NCBI GenBank assembly: GCA_051294375.1
Contig: CM119263.1
Location: 7,860,635 to 7,924,634, forward strand
DNA from: Paraspadella gotoi
Lineage: Eukaryota; Animalia; Chaetognatha
Reading direction: 5' to 3'
DNA: 64,000 nt
How positions within the stretch are numbered: position 1 is the stretch's first letter; every line of letters begins with the position of its first letter. Positions 43,201 to 56,825 of this stretch are shown piece after piece. A program made the position numbers and the translations under genes. The notes beneath the pieces are model-generated. The model did not search any database, was not told the DNA's origin, and worked only from the letters and a program-made list of their open reading frames with translations.

Positions 43201-46200
43201 TTCCACTTTTTTTAATCTTGTTTTTATTTTAGCTTTTAGACCTGCTACAGTCAACTCGATTGCTTCACTGTTTAATATAGAACGCGCCGTTTGATTACTT
43301 TCAGTTTGAATTATGCTCCCTCCCCAGAAGCATTAATGATTACTTTGTTGAAAGGTATTTCTGGCCGTTTTAAGGTACAGGTTGGGGTAATCGTAGCGTA
43401 ACGATAGGCTCAGAGGCTCGCTTCGGCGAAAAATCTGCATTAAAAACACAAAAGCGGGTTGAATAGAAGCCTAAATGGGATCTATTGTTAGAGATCGAGA
43501 AGGGGGGGGGGTTAAAGTTAGGTCTTGTCACGTGAGAATCCATCTGTGATTCTACGCTTTTGGTCTAGCGCCCTGACGAAAATTTTTTTTTCGTTTCCAA
43601 CTTTTTAGATTTAAACAGAAATCCAATACAAACTGCACACTTGATCGTTGTTGTTGTTGTTATTGTTGTTATATGGAAGAAAAAAACAAATAATTAAACA
43701 AGAATCTTGATAAAAATGTGACAGTATGTATAATTTTATTGTATAATGTGAAAGTGATTGGGAAGGTTGACGTTGGCGTCGACGAACGGGCTTCGGAAAT
43801 CAAGCTCATTTTGTAGTAGTCGGTAGGAGCGAAAATGATGCCTGATTTATGACGAAAAACTCTCTTCGACTTTATATCGTAAAGGCCAGATTATCTGGTT
43901 CGCGGAGAGAAAACAACCAGGCCAAACCATCTTTTACGAGCATAAACACCCAGGTTTTGCCAGAAAGTCGAAGGCTGTCGTTTATTTCGCTTGGGTTGCA
44001 TAATTTTTCACCTTTTGATGCTGACTGTCACTTTTGCCTGAGTTCTTTAAATTATTTCCTTTGTTTCGTGTCTTTCTGCCCATTTCTGTTCTCATTATTT
44101 GCGGTTGTTTATTATTTATTATTTTCTTTTAAAGATTAAGTCTGAGCCACATAGATATTATTTTTAAACATTTTTGTTATCAGGTGTTTTTTAAATTTAA
44201 ATTTTTTATCAGAATGTTTCTTTTGTCAATTCTTCTGTTCAATGTATTTATTTTCATTAGAATCATATTTGTGAAGAGACAGTATATATGTTGATCATTG
44301 AAATTTTTGATCCACACTACTGACCACAAAAATTATTTTCGATTAGTGTTTTTTCATTGAAGTATTCTGATGTTTATGATAATTTTGTCATTTTTCGTAA
44401 ATAATTAAAAAAATATATTTCGTCAACTTTTCTTGCTGACTTATATACGGGATGCTATGTATCACTCCTTCATTTAACAATCGTATGACGAAACGAAAAT
44501 CCAACCGGCTGGTTTTTATTTTTCAAAAACATCCACGCCTTTTTTCTTCACTCTCTCACTCATCTCTTCGATTCACTTTACTTTTCTTTCTTGTTTTTTT
44601 TCCACAAATTCTCGGCAACTTTTTCTTTGATGTTCCGACCGTTAACAACGGTCTTTCGCGATCGTCTTTCTAACGATGAAAAACAAATCTGTACTTATCG
44701 TCATTCTCTTGATGTGCCGCTTTCAACAATAAATCACTTCGCATCATTCTTCTTTGTTTTTTCTTTAAACCATTATAATCGATCATGTACCTAAACTTTT
44801 CTAAAAAAAGTTTCAATACATCACGGGCCCCAAGGCGGGCAACAAGGTGTCACCGGTCCCGTAGAAGGGGTGCCCGTCAAAGCCTTAGGCAAGAAATTTT
44901 GAAATTAGCTAAGTTTTTTCGTCTCACGCGCACTATATAGTTTACAATTTACGATTTAATGTAAAATAATGATATTCACTCTCACTTTGTATTCACTAAG
45001 CTTCCCTCCGTATTCACTATTCTAATCAATTGACTCTCATCTCCTTTCCTCGCTTTTGCAATCCAATTTGTTCCGCGTTTACGAGATCAAATTTCCAAAA
45101 TATTATCGTTCAATCACGTGTCTGGTCTCGATCATGATTTTACTCTAAATCTTTTTGTGTAAATCTGAAAACGAAGCCTGCGTTCGAATCTCTCGGGAAA
45201 AGGGAATTGCGCAGGTGGCGATCGAAATCCATTTTAATGCGCATCTTTTAATTCTATTCTTTTCAATGTTCACTGTCCAGTCTCTGAATTGAATCAAAAG
45301 TCCACTTTTTTATTCTAATGTACTTTTTTGCAGAGCATCTTAAGATAAATAGTAAATTACATTTAACAATACACAAATAATTTTATTCCTAAAATCTAAA
45401 CTGGAACGTCCCCTTTTTATAACGTTATGAAATGTTTAATTTTAAATTGTTTATGCATGCTTATTTCTTAAACAATCCTCAGCATGTATCAGTACATACC
45501 GTACATACCGTCTTAATTCATATCCTTTCATTATTCCCAGCAGACACTGATTCCAAGCCAGAGATTGTGATTCCGACGGCGGCTCCCATCACTTCCACCT
45601 CCATCTCTCCTTGCACATTTTTATTGGCTGTCGGACTCAAAAACGGAACTCTTTCCGTTTGGGACAGAACAACAGGTGCGTTTCCTTTTTCTAGGGAATG
45701 AAAAACCTTTTTTCCCCCATTCCTAAAGTTCTTGGCTTGGGATCGCTTTGGATTTTCAAGGCGAGGAAAACATAAGAAACAGTAAAGCCAAGGAAAGATC
45801 ACTTCTTACGGGCCTATTGTTCTATGAACCCCAATCCCGAAGCAAAGTGGCGGAGGGGAAGAGGCATAGCACACTTTCACTTGACTCGGGAATTAATATT
45901 CGCGCCTTTCTCGCCGAAGGCCTCGCCATTGAGTTATGGACCAAGAGTTTTTAGGTTGAGGTTCACGAATCGCGAGTCTCTTAATCTTCGCTTCGAGCGG
46001 CCGAGCACGCGATGGGGCGGATTTATCCGATGGGCCGAATGGTTTTCGGGAGAAAAATTCGCTCCACTTCCAGTGATGGCATTCGGAATTCCCACCATGG
46101 TTTCCCTCGCATTAAGAAATGGTTAAAGGTCTCCGTGTTATAAAAATAAATCGGAAAAATGGTTTTAAGGTGTAAAAGAGTTACCTGTTTGAGAGACGTG

Positions 46201-48080
46201 TTAAAAATGTACGTTGAAACAAAAATGCTAGTCTTAGACGCTAAGGAACAAGAACAAAAAAATATATAGAAAATAAAAAAACGTCGTTTACTTTTCCCCA
46301 GGTTTGCCCCGCATGACTACCTCCATCCCGGAATACGAGGGTGGCGGCGGCCTCCGCGACATTTTCTTCCTTTCGCCCAACGCCTTCCCCAGCCACGGCC
46401 CCGTCTACCCGCCTTACACCGTCCGGAGAGGATGTTACGCGTTGGCGTTGACCGAATCCACGCGCGCCCTCTACCTTCTCGACTGCTCCATGGGCGCTCC
46501 TACCCAGCTCATGCAGGCACCGCGGAGGGTCGCCCCGATGTGAGTCGACATCGACGCTGTTGTTGCGTAATTAAGTTACGCTTGAAAAGATTTCTTATTT
46601 CTTCTTTCAGCCTTAATTTAGCTTTTATTAAAAGTTTTTTCATTGTTCAATTAGTATAAAAGAATTCGACGGAAAACTCTTTGTTTTTGTGTTGTCCCTT
46701 CTCATCTCCGGGCAACGATGTTCTTTCCATTCGAACCCCGACTATCGACCCAGGGATTTCGACCGGGGACTTTGGGGAAATCGTGCCGCATCTTGGGCCC
46801 AGATGTTCCCTTTTCCTTTCTTTTCTCTTCTTCCTATTTTATTAAAAATATTTTATTATTTTTTGTGTGTTAATTTTAAGAATAAAACGAGGGTTTCCCC
46901 GCCTATTCTTCTTAGTTGTATTTTAAAATTTATTCGTGTTCGGAGTCATCCATTGTCATTATTGGTTTCCTACTTTCTTGACCCAACTGGCAAAGGCCTC
47001 GTTCTTCTTAAACTTCCCCGAATACACTTCGACCCAACCCCTTATTGTTTCGCACGGTGGGGGATTTAGTCCCTAAGGACGGAGGAGGTATAATGACGAT
47101 GACGACTGGCGTTTGTAATTATTTCGCTTCGCTTGCTCCAAGGATTTTGTGACCTTTTTTGCGCAACTGTAATCGATTAGGGAAAACAACAATAACAACA
47201 ACAATCGAACGGCCTTCGTCCCTACTCAATACCGAGCGGTTCTCTAAGCTTTAACCGTTTATCTCACTGCATTGTGGTTTGATCTTCCAATCGAATCCGG
47301 AATCAGATAACGTTCTCTTTTTTACGCCATCTGCCAATTCCAGTTTCTTCCCATTATCTCTCTGGTTTTATTCCCTTTTGTCCCGACGCAGTCGATTAAA
47401 AGTAATCTGGCTCTTCGCGGGTTTTTCTTATTTTCGAGCCAGGTTTAAGGCACTAAAAAGAGGGGCACTAACTGTCACCGCCTCGCTGCTCATTTTAGTA
47501 CCTGGGCAAATTAAACGAGATTTATTTTCCACTTTCGCTTCGAACCTTTTTTTTTCGAATTCGTCGGTGAGCGGGTCCATCCGTGCATTCCTTCCGAATT
47601 CGAACTCACGAAATCTCTTGTGTCAACAACTAAAGGAATTCTCATGGGCTTCGTAGCCCCTAACCCCTTGTTTAGTTGCGGGTTTTCCTAAAGGCTTAAT
47701 AAGTTGATCAAAATTCGCTTTTTTCGTTATCCTAATTTGAGAAGAAGAGAAAAAATCACGGGCGTCCACATAGAATAATAGATGACTTGTTGGGTTTTGA
47801 AAAAAATCATAGATTCCTAACTTCACAAACGTTTATATTTTAATACCTCGCAATTGTTTATTATTTTTAACTTCATTGATGGGGTTGAACAGTACTCGAG
47901 AATTTAGTTCTGTTGAATAGAAATCTAATCTTCTATGAGTTTTCGATTTCTTTTCAGTTAAACGGCTGAGTGGACGCTTCTTTTAAAATTCATTAATTCA
48001 ATTAGGACTAGAAACCCTGCAGGAGCCCCTCACATCAGGATAACAAGCCGAAAGGCGTCGAGACGGTTTCTATCCGCGTC

Positions 48081-48146
<66 letters not shown>

Positions 48147-51100
48147 TTCTTCTTTAAAGCCCCTTTTTTTCTTTACCCTAATTGAGTTGAGAGACTCTTT
48201 ACCCGCATATCCGAAATGATGAAGGGGGAGGGGGGAGCAAAGTCCACCGCTGTAAACAAAACAAGGCTATAAAGTTATTTTCCGCGGCTCGAAAGCTGCT
48301 GGGACTGAAGTCATTTCCCCTTTTAAATCGTCGTTTCACGTTTAGGTTTCTTTTTTTTTAAGCTTCCAATTTGAGGCGAATTTTACCCCAATGTTTTGAT
48401 CCGAAGGGATGAAGATGAGGGGGAAGAGTGTCTCCTACGTCGAAAGAAATCCTTGATTTGTTTTGGCGCTCGTTTTCTCTTTTTTTGAGAAGCCAACCTA
48501 ATAGGAACCACGTGAAAATACTTCTCATTAGTCTCATTTGTCTTCTGGTGTTTCGACTAGAAAATTACTTTGATTAACACTACGACTTACGATGAGCTAC
48601 TCTCTCTTTCTTTCGTTTCTCTTATCTTTCATCCTTCTTCGCCCGCCTTTATTACCTCACCTTTCCTCCCACTTCCCTTTTCTCTGAGCCAGAGCCCAGA
48701 TTCTCTCAAGTCACTCGGTTTGACCGATGCACTTCCTTTCATCTCGTTCCGAACTCCCCCAAGACCAGAGACCGTAGGGATAATCCTTTCATATCCCTGA
48801 TATCTCTCCCTCCGTCAATCGTTATCTTAGAACCGGGGATAAGCCCTTAGAGGCGAAAGGATAGTCGGTCCGATGCCAGGGCCGACGAGGTCCATCGTTC
48901 CTCGGCCCTCCGGGGTCCCGAGGCTCAACGGGATTGAGGAACAATCATTCGCTCCGATTCGCGCGTCGTCTTTCGGAGGTTTCCAATCCGGAACAAAATG
49001 AGGCGATCGTCGACGACCAGGGCGTAGTTTTCGAAATCTTAACGAATTTTCTCTAAGCCATCGATCGTGCAATCAACTCGCTCTTCAGCGACGTTTGAAG
49101 ATTTATTCAGACTAGTTAATTTATCAAGTGCATTACGTATTCTAGTCTTTTAAGTTATATTTATTAATGAGCTTATTATTCTTCCTCCATTTTTTTCTGC
49201 CTTGTTTAGTCTCGATCTTAACCACTGACTCGACCTCGTCTTTGATCGAAGATGAATTTTCCACTTCATCTCAGACTTAATTCTCCCAGGGGCAGAAGTT
49301 CTCCTTTGATAATGGACCGACTTCTTTTTTTTTTTTTTTTTCCTTCTCGCTTTCTTTCGAGTTTCCTTTAATTTCTTTCAAGGCAGATCCCGACAGGAAT
49401 GGTTCTGGTTTTTGAGCGTATTATTATTATTAAATGAATGTTTTAAGTCTTTCGTTACTAAGTTCCTTTTTTCGGTTTTGATGAGGTTTCGAGTTTCGTC
49501 GGCGTCGCCTCTACCTCCATTCACCCGCGAGGAAAAGTTTTTCTCTCCCAAATTGACTCTTTTCCGCTCTACTGACCGACCATTTTCCGACTCCTCGGGG
49601 CCGGGCGCGGCGTCGGCCGGTTTTGGCGGGTTCTTGTCGGCGGACCGAGACGGTTACGGCGGCCGAAGGGAGGAGAAAGTAAAGTTACGAATTCTGATCG
49701 GTGCGATTCGGTTACGGGTACGTCACTCGCCGGGTTTGAATCCGATATTTTTGCCCTTTTCGCCTTTCAACTGTTGATTCTCGATAGAATAAGTGCGGGT
49801 TTTACCGACGTAACATATAGTACATAATATATACATATATATAATATAATAGTGTTTATTTGAGTTACAACTTTTAGTATTAGTGCCAAAATATCTAACT
49901 TCCATATTTTTAACCAGGACGAAGAAGGAAGAAGAGAAAATCGTGGCCGTCAAGTTTTTAATATCGTTTCCGTCCATCGCCGTCACCATCACGCGAGGGG
50001 GCGTCATCACTCTGCTCGACGTAATTGCCGCTCACGTGGTGGCGCAAGTTGTGCTTCCGGAACCTTTCATTTTCAATTCACGAGGTCGGTTTGTTTTTAT
50101 GCTTTTTTTATTGCTTGATCTTTTATTTATTATCTTTTATCTTTATTTATCCTGCAGAAAAAGCCATATTAACGCCTGCCGCGGAAGGAAATGCTATATT
50201 TTTGGCCGGAAGTCTGCCGGAGCCCGTTCGTGAAAGTAAGTATTGCTCTCAATAAGCGGAATCAATATTATTATTCTATTTTTAATCTAATGGAAAACTT
50301 TTGTTTTAGCGGACGGAGAAGTGGAGATCATGGTTCCGTCGTCGCAGCAGCTGGAAGCGGTGGGCAGCGCAGCGGCAACGGAAAGCGCCTTGGCCGCAGG
50401 AAGTGCCACGGGCGTCGAAAGTTCCGCACGTGTCAGCAGCTGGGCAAAAGTTCCTCTCGGCGCCACTAAAAGTGGTGGCGGAGCGTCGCAAATCGGCGGC
50501 AGCGCATCGCGGCCTCTTGGAAGCGGAACTGGCGTTGGTGCAAGCGGATCCGGTATCGGTGGAAGCGGAAGCGCCGTTGGCGGAAGCGGAACTGGCGCCG
50601 CTTTGGACGACGAGGAAGAGGTTGTGGAGGAGCCAGAGATTCCGGCGCTCTTCGGGCTGAGGATCACCGAAGAGCACGAGGAGATGGCGTTAAAAAGGTG
50701 ATTGGAAATGACGTGCTTTGTAATGACGCGAATGACCTTGTGAAATTTGTGACATTGAAAACTCAGTCCAATAATCTCTTTAGTCGCGTGCATTCTTTTA
50801 TTTTGTATTTTAAATTTAAAAGTCGCACCGAAAGCTGAACGAACTCTCCTCTCTTGTTGATAATAGGATTATAGTTTTGTCCAACTTTTATTCTTTTTTG
50901 GAGTCGATGGAACGAAGAGGGGGTCCATTCTCGCCGAACTCGTGGGGGACCCTCTCTGCCTTAGCTCGCAGGTGGATTGGATTTTTGGAGGATTTGTGGA
51001 TTAGCTCAACAATTCAAAATCCATGTATATTTACCAATTTCGCGTTATTTTTCGCGAATTTGTTTTATTATTCTATTATGAGAAGTAATTGACAAAAAAT

Positions 51101-51669
51101 TTTAATATCTGTAATATTAAGCCGAATGGATATTTTCATAACTTTTTTTCGTTTTGAATGGATTCAGGGTTTTCGCGCCAAAATCGGTGTTGCTGGCCCC
51201 AGTTTCGAGTTTTTGTTGGCTCCGACCGGCGAATCGATCTCCTCAGCTACGCGGGTTCGAATCCTGCCAGGCCTAATCTTTCAAACGTCAATTCCCAATC
51301 CCCTACCCCTAGAAACCCGATCCATCGAATATTCATTTTCATCCTTTGCAACCTTTTGAACCTCCTTTGATTCTCCAACTCTGATACACGTCAAACTCAG
51401 TCTCCAATATGTGAAATATTTTTTTTAAAATTTCGCCTCATATTACTTTCATGTATCTATAATCTGATTAATTAATTCAATTAATTCTCATTCACAAAAA
51501 TTGTGAACAACTCCAGACGTTTTTTTGATCGGAGTCATAGATAAAATATTTCCTGGTGCGAATTTCAGTAGATTTTCTTGAATATGATTCTATATTTACT
51601 GAGGTTGTCGCAGAACTTGCATAGTTGAGGTGAGTGAAGTCTCTTTATTTTTTTCTTTTTTTTTTTTTT

Positions 51670-51765
<96 letters not shown>

Positions 51766-52393
51766 TTTTGAGACGTTTCGAATCATCTCCAAAAATCAAT
51801 TTTGAAAGGTAATTGAAAGAGGTTCTTTTGAAGCAACGGCCTTTTGAGCGTTTTTGCCGAAACCCCTCGGCTCCGTTCCCAAATAGAAATATTTTTTCGG
51901 TTGTCGTTCGTCTAAATCCACCGAGAAAAACGAGACTGCGGTTTCGTCTTGCGTGAAACAGAAATGTCTTCATCGACTCGTCACATAACTTTGCTCATTT
52001 TTCGTTAAACTAATTCCTAAATAAATGCTAAGCCTTCTCGAAGAGGGCTTTGATAGCGGTTTTCCCCCGAAATCCATCTTCCGGTTCGAGACTCGGTTTA
52101 GTTCTTTTCTTTCCCCTCGTAATTCTCACCGTCTTAGATGGTGACGAAAGATTGATGATCAAAGATGGAAGGGTGCCTGAGTCGGTGTTGCTCTGTGGTT
52201 CGAATGTCTTAAACTCGGCGCCCGGCACCTGCGTTTTTCGTCGGCACTGAATTCGCAGTGGATTGATTCCGGTGCCGATACTGCGGTCCCCAATCGGCGG
52301 TTTTCGATCTTTCTCCTTTGTGCTCCCTTTCGTCCCCTCCTCCCTTCTTCCCTTCCGCCCTTGATTTCTCTCCGATATCGAGGCGTCGTCCAC

Positions 52394-52488
<95 letters not shown>

Positions 52489-54451
52489 TCTCTCTCTTAT
52501 CGTCCTGCCACAAAAGATGTTTGTTTTTATGCGAGGGCGCCTGTCTGCGGCCGAATCGCCGCGATAGCATCCAACTCGTCTCTTTCCTTTTGAAAGTTTC
52601 TACTCAGTTGATACACTTCATTGATTTTGACCAGAGACCATTGACCACATCAGTTATCTAATCGCGTCTCTTTTTAGTCGAGACTTTACATCCGAGCTGA
52701 CCACAACGATTAAATCTATCTAATCGCGGAGCCGCTCGGTCATCTCTTATCTATCTAAGGACTAAGGATTCTAGGTATTGCTTCTCATTGTTTATGTTGT
52801 AAAATAAAAAAAGGCAAACTCCGATACTAAAACGAAATATGGATACTGAAAGCTCCAATAGTATCTAGGAAAAAAGTATATCACAAATTGTTGAAAAGTT
52901 TATTTATTCAATAAAAAATCTATAAAATATGGGTAAAACATTCTCAATATTTGGTATGCCCTCCCTCGGCATCGAATACTGCCTGCATTCGTCTGGTCAT
53001 GTCTCGTACAGCAAATTGAGGTATAACAGTGCAATTTTTTTCCACATCTTTAACGCAGTTCTTTTCAGCTTTGATGTTGATTTTGCGCGTCTTTCCCTCT
53101 ATTCTGAGAGCTACAATGGCACTTTTTTTAACCAAAAAAAGGTAAAAAAAAATTTTTTTACCCTCGAAGGCGGAGGGACGATAATGTTCGCTTCTCTTTT
53201 ATGTCATTTTTGGGTTAATTGTTTTAGGAGTACGTGAGAAAAACCTTGTACGGCTTATAAAATGTCAAATTACAATCTATCATAAACTATTTGAAATAGA
53301 AAATAATATTCTCGGATAAAAAATACAAAAAAGTACTGCAAATAAAAAAAAGAAAAACTTTTCTGTATTTCCTGCGCGTTTGTTTACGCGAAGATCGAGT
53401 CGGATAAAACCGTGAATCACCTTCTCAGTCTCTGGAATTCTTTGTCCCCCCCTCCTCGAAAAAATAGCGTCTTTGAAAAAGCACTTAAAACCTTTAGAGG
53501 GCGACCTTCGACTCGACTCATTGTGAAACTCTCGAGATTTTATTGTCGAGGAGAGAGAAGACGCCACGAGTTACTTTGCGAGGAAAAAAGGCTCACAATC
53601 TTCTTCTCTTATCTTTCTCCCACTCCAACTTCAATGAGCCTCTCTTATTCTCACTGGGAATTTTTTTTCTTTGGAATTTTCTTTTTCGATGACAATGTAG
53701 CCCAATGTAAAGAGTCCAGTTGTTTAGTCGCGATATTTTGGATACGCGAAAAGAAAGAAAAGAAGCACATTTATTTTACCCTCTTGATGATTTAAAGCGG
53801 CGACCACCCTTTTCTAAATAAACTTGCCAATAAATCCGCCACCGAATCTCTGAAATGTTTTCTCTCCTGCTTAGTATCTCGTGCGAGTTTGTTTGACCGT
53901 CTGCTTACTGTCCATTTGTTATTCATATCTCTCTATCTCTCTCTCTCCCCACCTCCCACCCTCCACTTCCCAGACTTCCAGAGACTGAAGAGCGCCTTCC
54001 CTTCATCTGTGGCGCGACTTTAGAGCATCGCGTGGCCTCGGTCCTCAAGTCGCGGCTTGCCGCCCAGGCTTCGCGTCATGTCAGGATGCAAACCAGGTCT
54101 AAACTGAAGTCCATACGCTAATTTTAGTTTTATTTCAATCAATCTTATTGTCAATCATTGTGGGAATAACCTAACAACTACGTAATATTACCAATCAACC
54201 CAAACAATCCTCAACTTTCCTGCAGGTGGTCTACTTTGGAAGAGAATCGATCAAAGATGTTCGAGGGTCTTCGACGGAATTTATCTGCGAGCGGCAGCAG
54301 CGGCGGCACCGATGGACGAACGGCATCCATCGGCGGCGAAGTGGGCGCCGGTGACTCGGCCGACTTCCCCGGACTCGATTTCCTCGACGCCAAAACAGAC
54401 GACGACGACGGGACGAGGCTTTTCGACTCCTCCATCTCAGTCTTCAATTGA
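38622..54451 (+). CDS. WDR93: WD repeat-containing protein 93
   Basis: Exons in phase: 38622-38688, 38758-38957, 39066-39170/39176, [39644-39694, 39783-39836 optional], 39956-40111, 40292-40370, [40507-40545], 40803-40978, 41089-41335, 41455-41612, 41753-41919, 41994-42064, 42139-42216, 45541-45675, 46302-46539, 49918-50084, 50158-50235, 50310-50697, 53974-54096, 54226-54451. Motifs DALPQPFRM, WLEVYRLPRE.W, PVLILKIKKP, FHFLLP and VWW.G. Confidence 0.85.
39243..39515. mobile_element. Near-perfect palindrome, Penelope-like inverted pLTR pair
   Basis: ~120-bp arms with one mismatch noticed (39329). The centre has tandem aattctcttca units, and each arm carries a hammerhead motif. Confidence 0.8.
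39423..39464 (+). ncRNA. Minimal type I hammerhead ribozyme
   Basis: ggcg-CUGAAGA-a-[gacucg uaug ugaguc]-GAAA-c-au-GUC-cguu. Helix III is the palindrome ACAUGU. Predicted cleavage is after 39460. Confidence 0.7.
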
Positions 54452-56790
54452 GAGCGGGAGAGGGGTGACCCGGTCACTGATTTGGGATTCTCTGCTATAT
54501 TTCGATCCCTTGATTGTTTTGGCTTCAGGGTTGATTTGGACCTACTTGGGTCTTGTCCCCGCCTAACCCAAGTCTTCATAGCACATCTATGCCGTCATAT
54601 TTTTCTGCCTAGTCATTTTCTTTTTTAAATTTTTTACACTATTTATTATTCTCGCTAATGTTCACGTGATCGTTGATTATTTACAGTAAATCTCATCGAA
54701 AAAAAAAAGAAGGGAATTTATTTTCTATGAAGAAACCGTTCGCCTCTTATAGTGGCTGGGGTGGTAGGGGGTGCCGGAGGGATTCGGTTGGACCTTTGCT
54801 GTCGCCGAAATCTAGATGCATTTGAGTGAAAAAGAAAATATCGCGTTTCTCTTAAAAATCGAATATCCCCGAAGTTAAATGGGAAAAAGGTCGTTAAGTG
54901 AAAGGGAGATACGACAGACGTGTTTGCTGATTTTCCTCATCGTTTTTAGTCAGATTGAGATTCAATCGCTCTACGAAATTTAAATTCGTAAACAAAGGAT
55001 TATTAAAGATTAAAGTAAGAACTAACCAGTATGTAACCGTCTGGTCTCAGAGTCCGACTTGACGGACAAGATGTCAAAAAAAAAAAAAGAATTGGGGCGA
55101 TGGTTGGCTCTGGCGGCATTGACGTCTAAACAAAGAAAAAGTCAGAGGGGGGGGGGAAAGGAAAAAAAGAACCACCCGCGTCGAAGGTTCGAGCCCTGGC
55201 GTCTTCGTCTTCCCGACTTGGACCAAGACTTTGCTGTAAATCACGTTTTCCGCTCCTCGTGACTTCGGCTCGAGGTTGGCCGCGACAAACAAACAGTTTC
55301 GGCGTTTACCGTAACGCTCTTGAGATTTCGGGGAAGGGAGTGTGGTTCGAAGCGAGAGGGAGGGTGGGGAAAGTTTTATGTCGAGAAAAAAGGAGACGGG
55401 TCGCTTCAATATTATAATTTATATGTTTTTGACGCCGGTGAAAGAATTATAGCTGGATGGCATACAGTGGATGCATAATAAGTCTTTTCTGATCCAATAC
55501 GATGTATTCGAAATTTATGTCTTGAGAAAGAAACAAAAAATAACGTTTGAAAATCGGTGGTGGCCTCGTTGTGTGGCCCTGGTAAGCTGAAATCCAGCCT
55601 CACCACCAAGATTTCAGTTTCCCCCCGTTAGGACTGGAAATGTTTTTTCCCCTTTTTCAGTATGAAGGTAAACGTTTCGAGAAACCAGAGAATTAGTGAG
55701 GGAGGAAGGGATGGAGAGTAAAAAAATCAGGGATAGAAAGAGCAAGAACGAAAATGATGGAAAAGAATATAAAGCTGGCCCTTTTAAGAAGATATCAAAG
55801 GAGCGTCTCTCTATTTGGGGTTTGAACTGGGGGGGATCGGGGGGGGGCTGGTTCTGGGATGTTGATATTTTCGACGAAGGAGGAGGAATTTTTTGTTTAT
55901 TGCCTCGAAAACGAAACACTAAGAGTTGTTGTTATTCACCTCAAGTTCCCACAGAAGCCACACACGTCGCCCCATTTTCCTTTCCGCTCCGAAACACTTC
56001 TTTTTTCCGCATCGACGAAGTTTTTGCTCTTTTTTTTTTGTTTATTCTTTTCTACGACTGAAACAAAGAAAGAAAGAAGCCGCTGACCCCGAACCTCGGT
56101 TTCTTTTTCTCATCCGTTGACGCGGAGTCTTCAGGTGTTTCTGGTTTTGACTCAAGGAGACCTCGATCGCTTATAGGTGGGAGGTTGAGCGTAAAGATGT
56201 GAAGAAATGTATCGTGAAATTCGGGATATTCTGAAATGAAAACAGTTTTATCGACGTTATCATGTGGAAACTTAATAAAAAGTGTTAAAAATTTTAAAAG
56301 TTTAACTCCAATTCAACAGATTTGAAACTCCATTTTGTATATCGCTCTCGAGAACCTTTTTTAGTGACTAGCCATAAAATTTATAAATATATATATATAT
56401 ATATTTTCATAATTATTATTGTTATTATTATTATTATTGATGAAAACACGTCCTTTTTATATTTTCTAATCGAATTTAATTTTCTTATTTTTTCTCCTCA
56501 TCCATTCAAGCTCATCCCCTACGACGATCAAGCGCTTCCCGATCATTTTCCCTCCATTTTTGCGGTCGGCATTTTCGAAAAAAAAGAAAATCTTTATGCG
56601 TCGGCATGTGCAGAGAGAACAAAGACGCGGGTAGAAACCGAAAAGGAGAAAGAGTGAGAGGGGGTAGAGAGACAGAGAGAGAGAGAGAGAGTAAGGGGGT
56701 GTAGAGAGAAAGAGATTCGCGTTTTGTTGTGGCCCGCGGGGGAGATCCCGATGTTTTCTGGACGAGCGCCCCGCTGATCTAAAGAGGGAG

Positions 56791-56825
<35 letters not shown>

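Noticed and set aside
54211-54579. 122-aa minus-strand ORF
   Set aside because: Antisense to the WDR93 last exon and UTR, with no in-frame link to upstream candidate exons.
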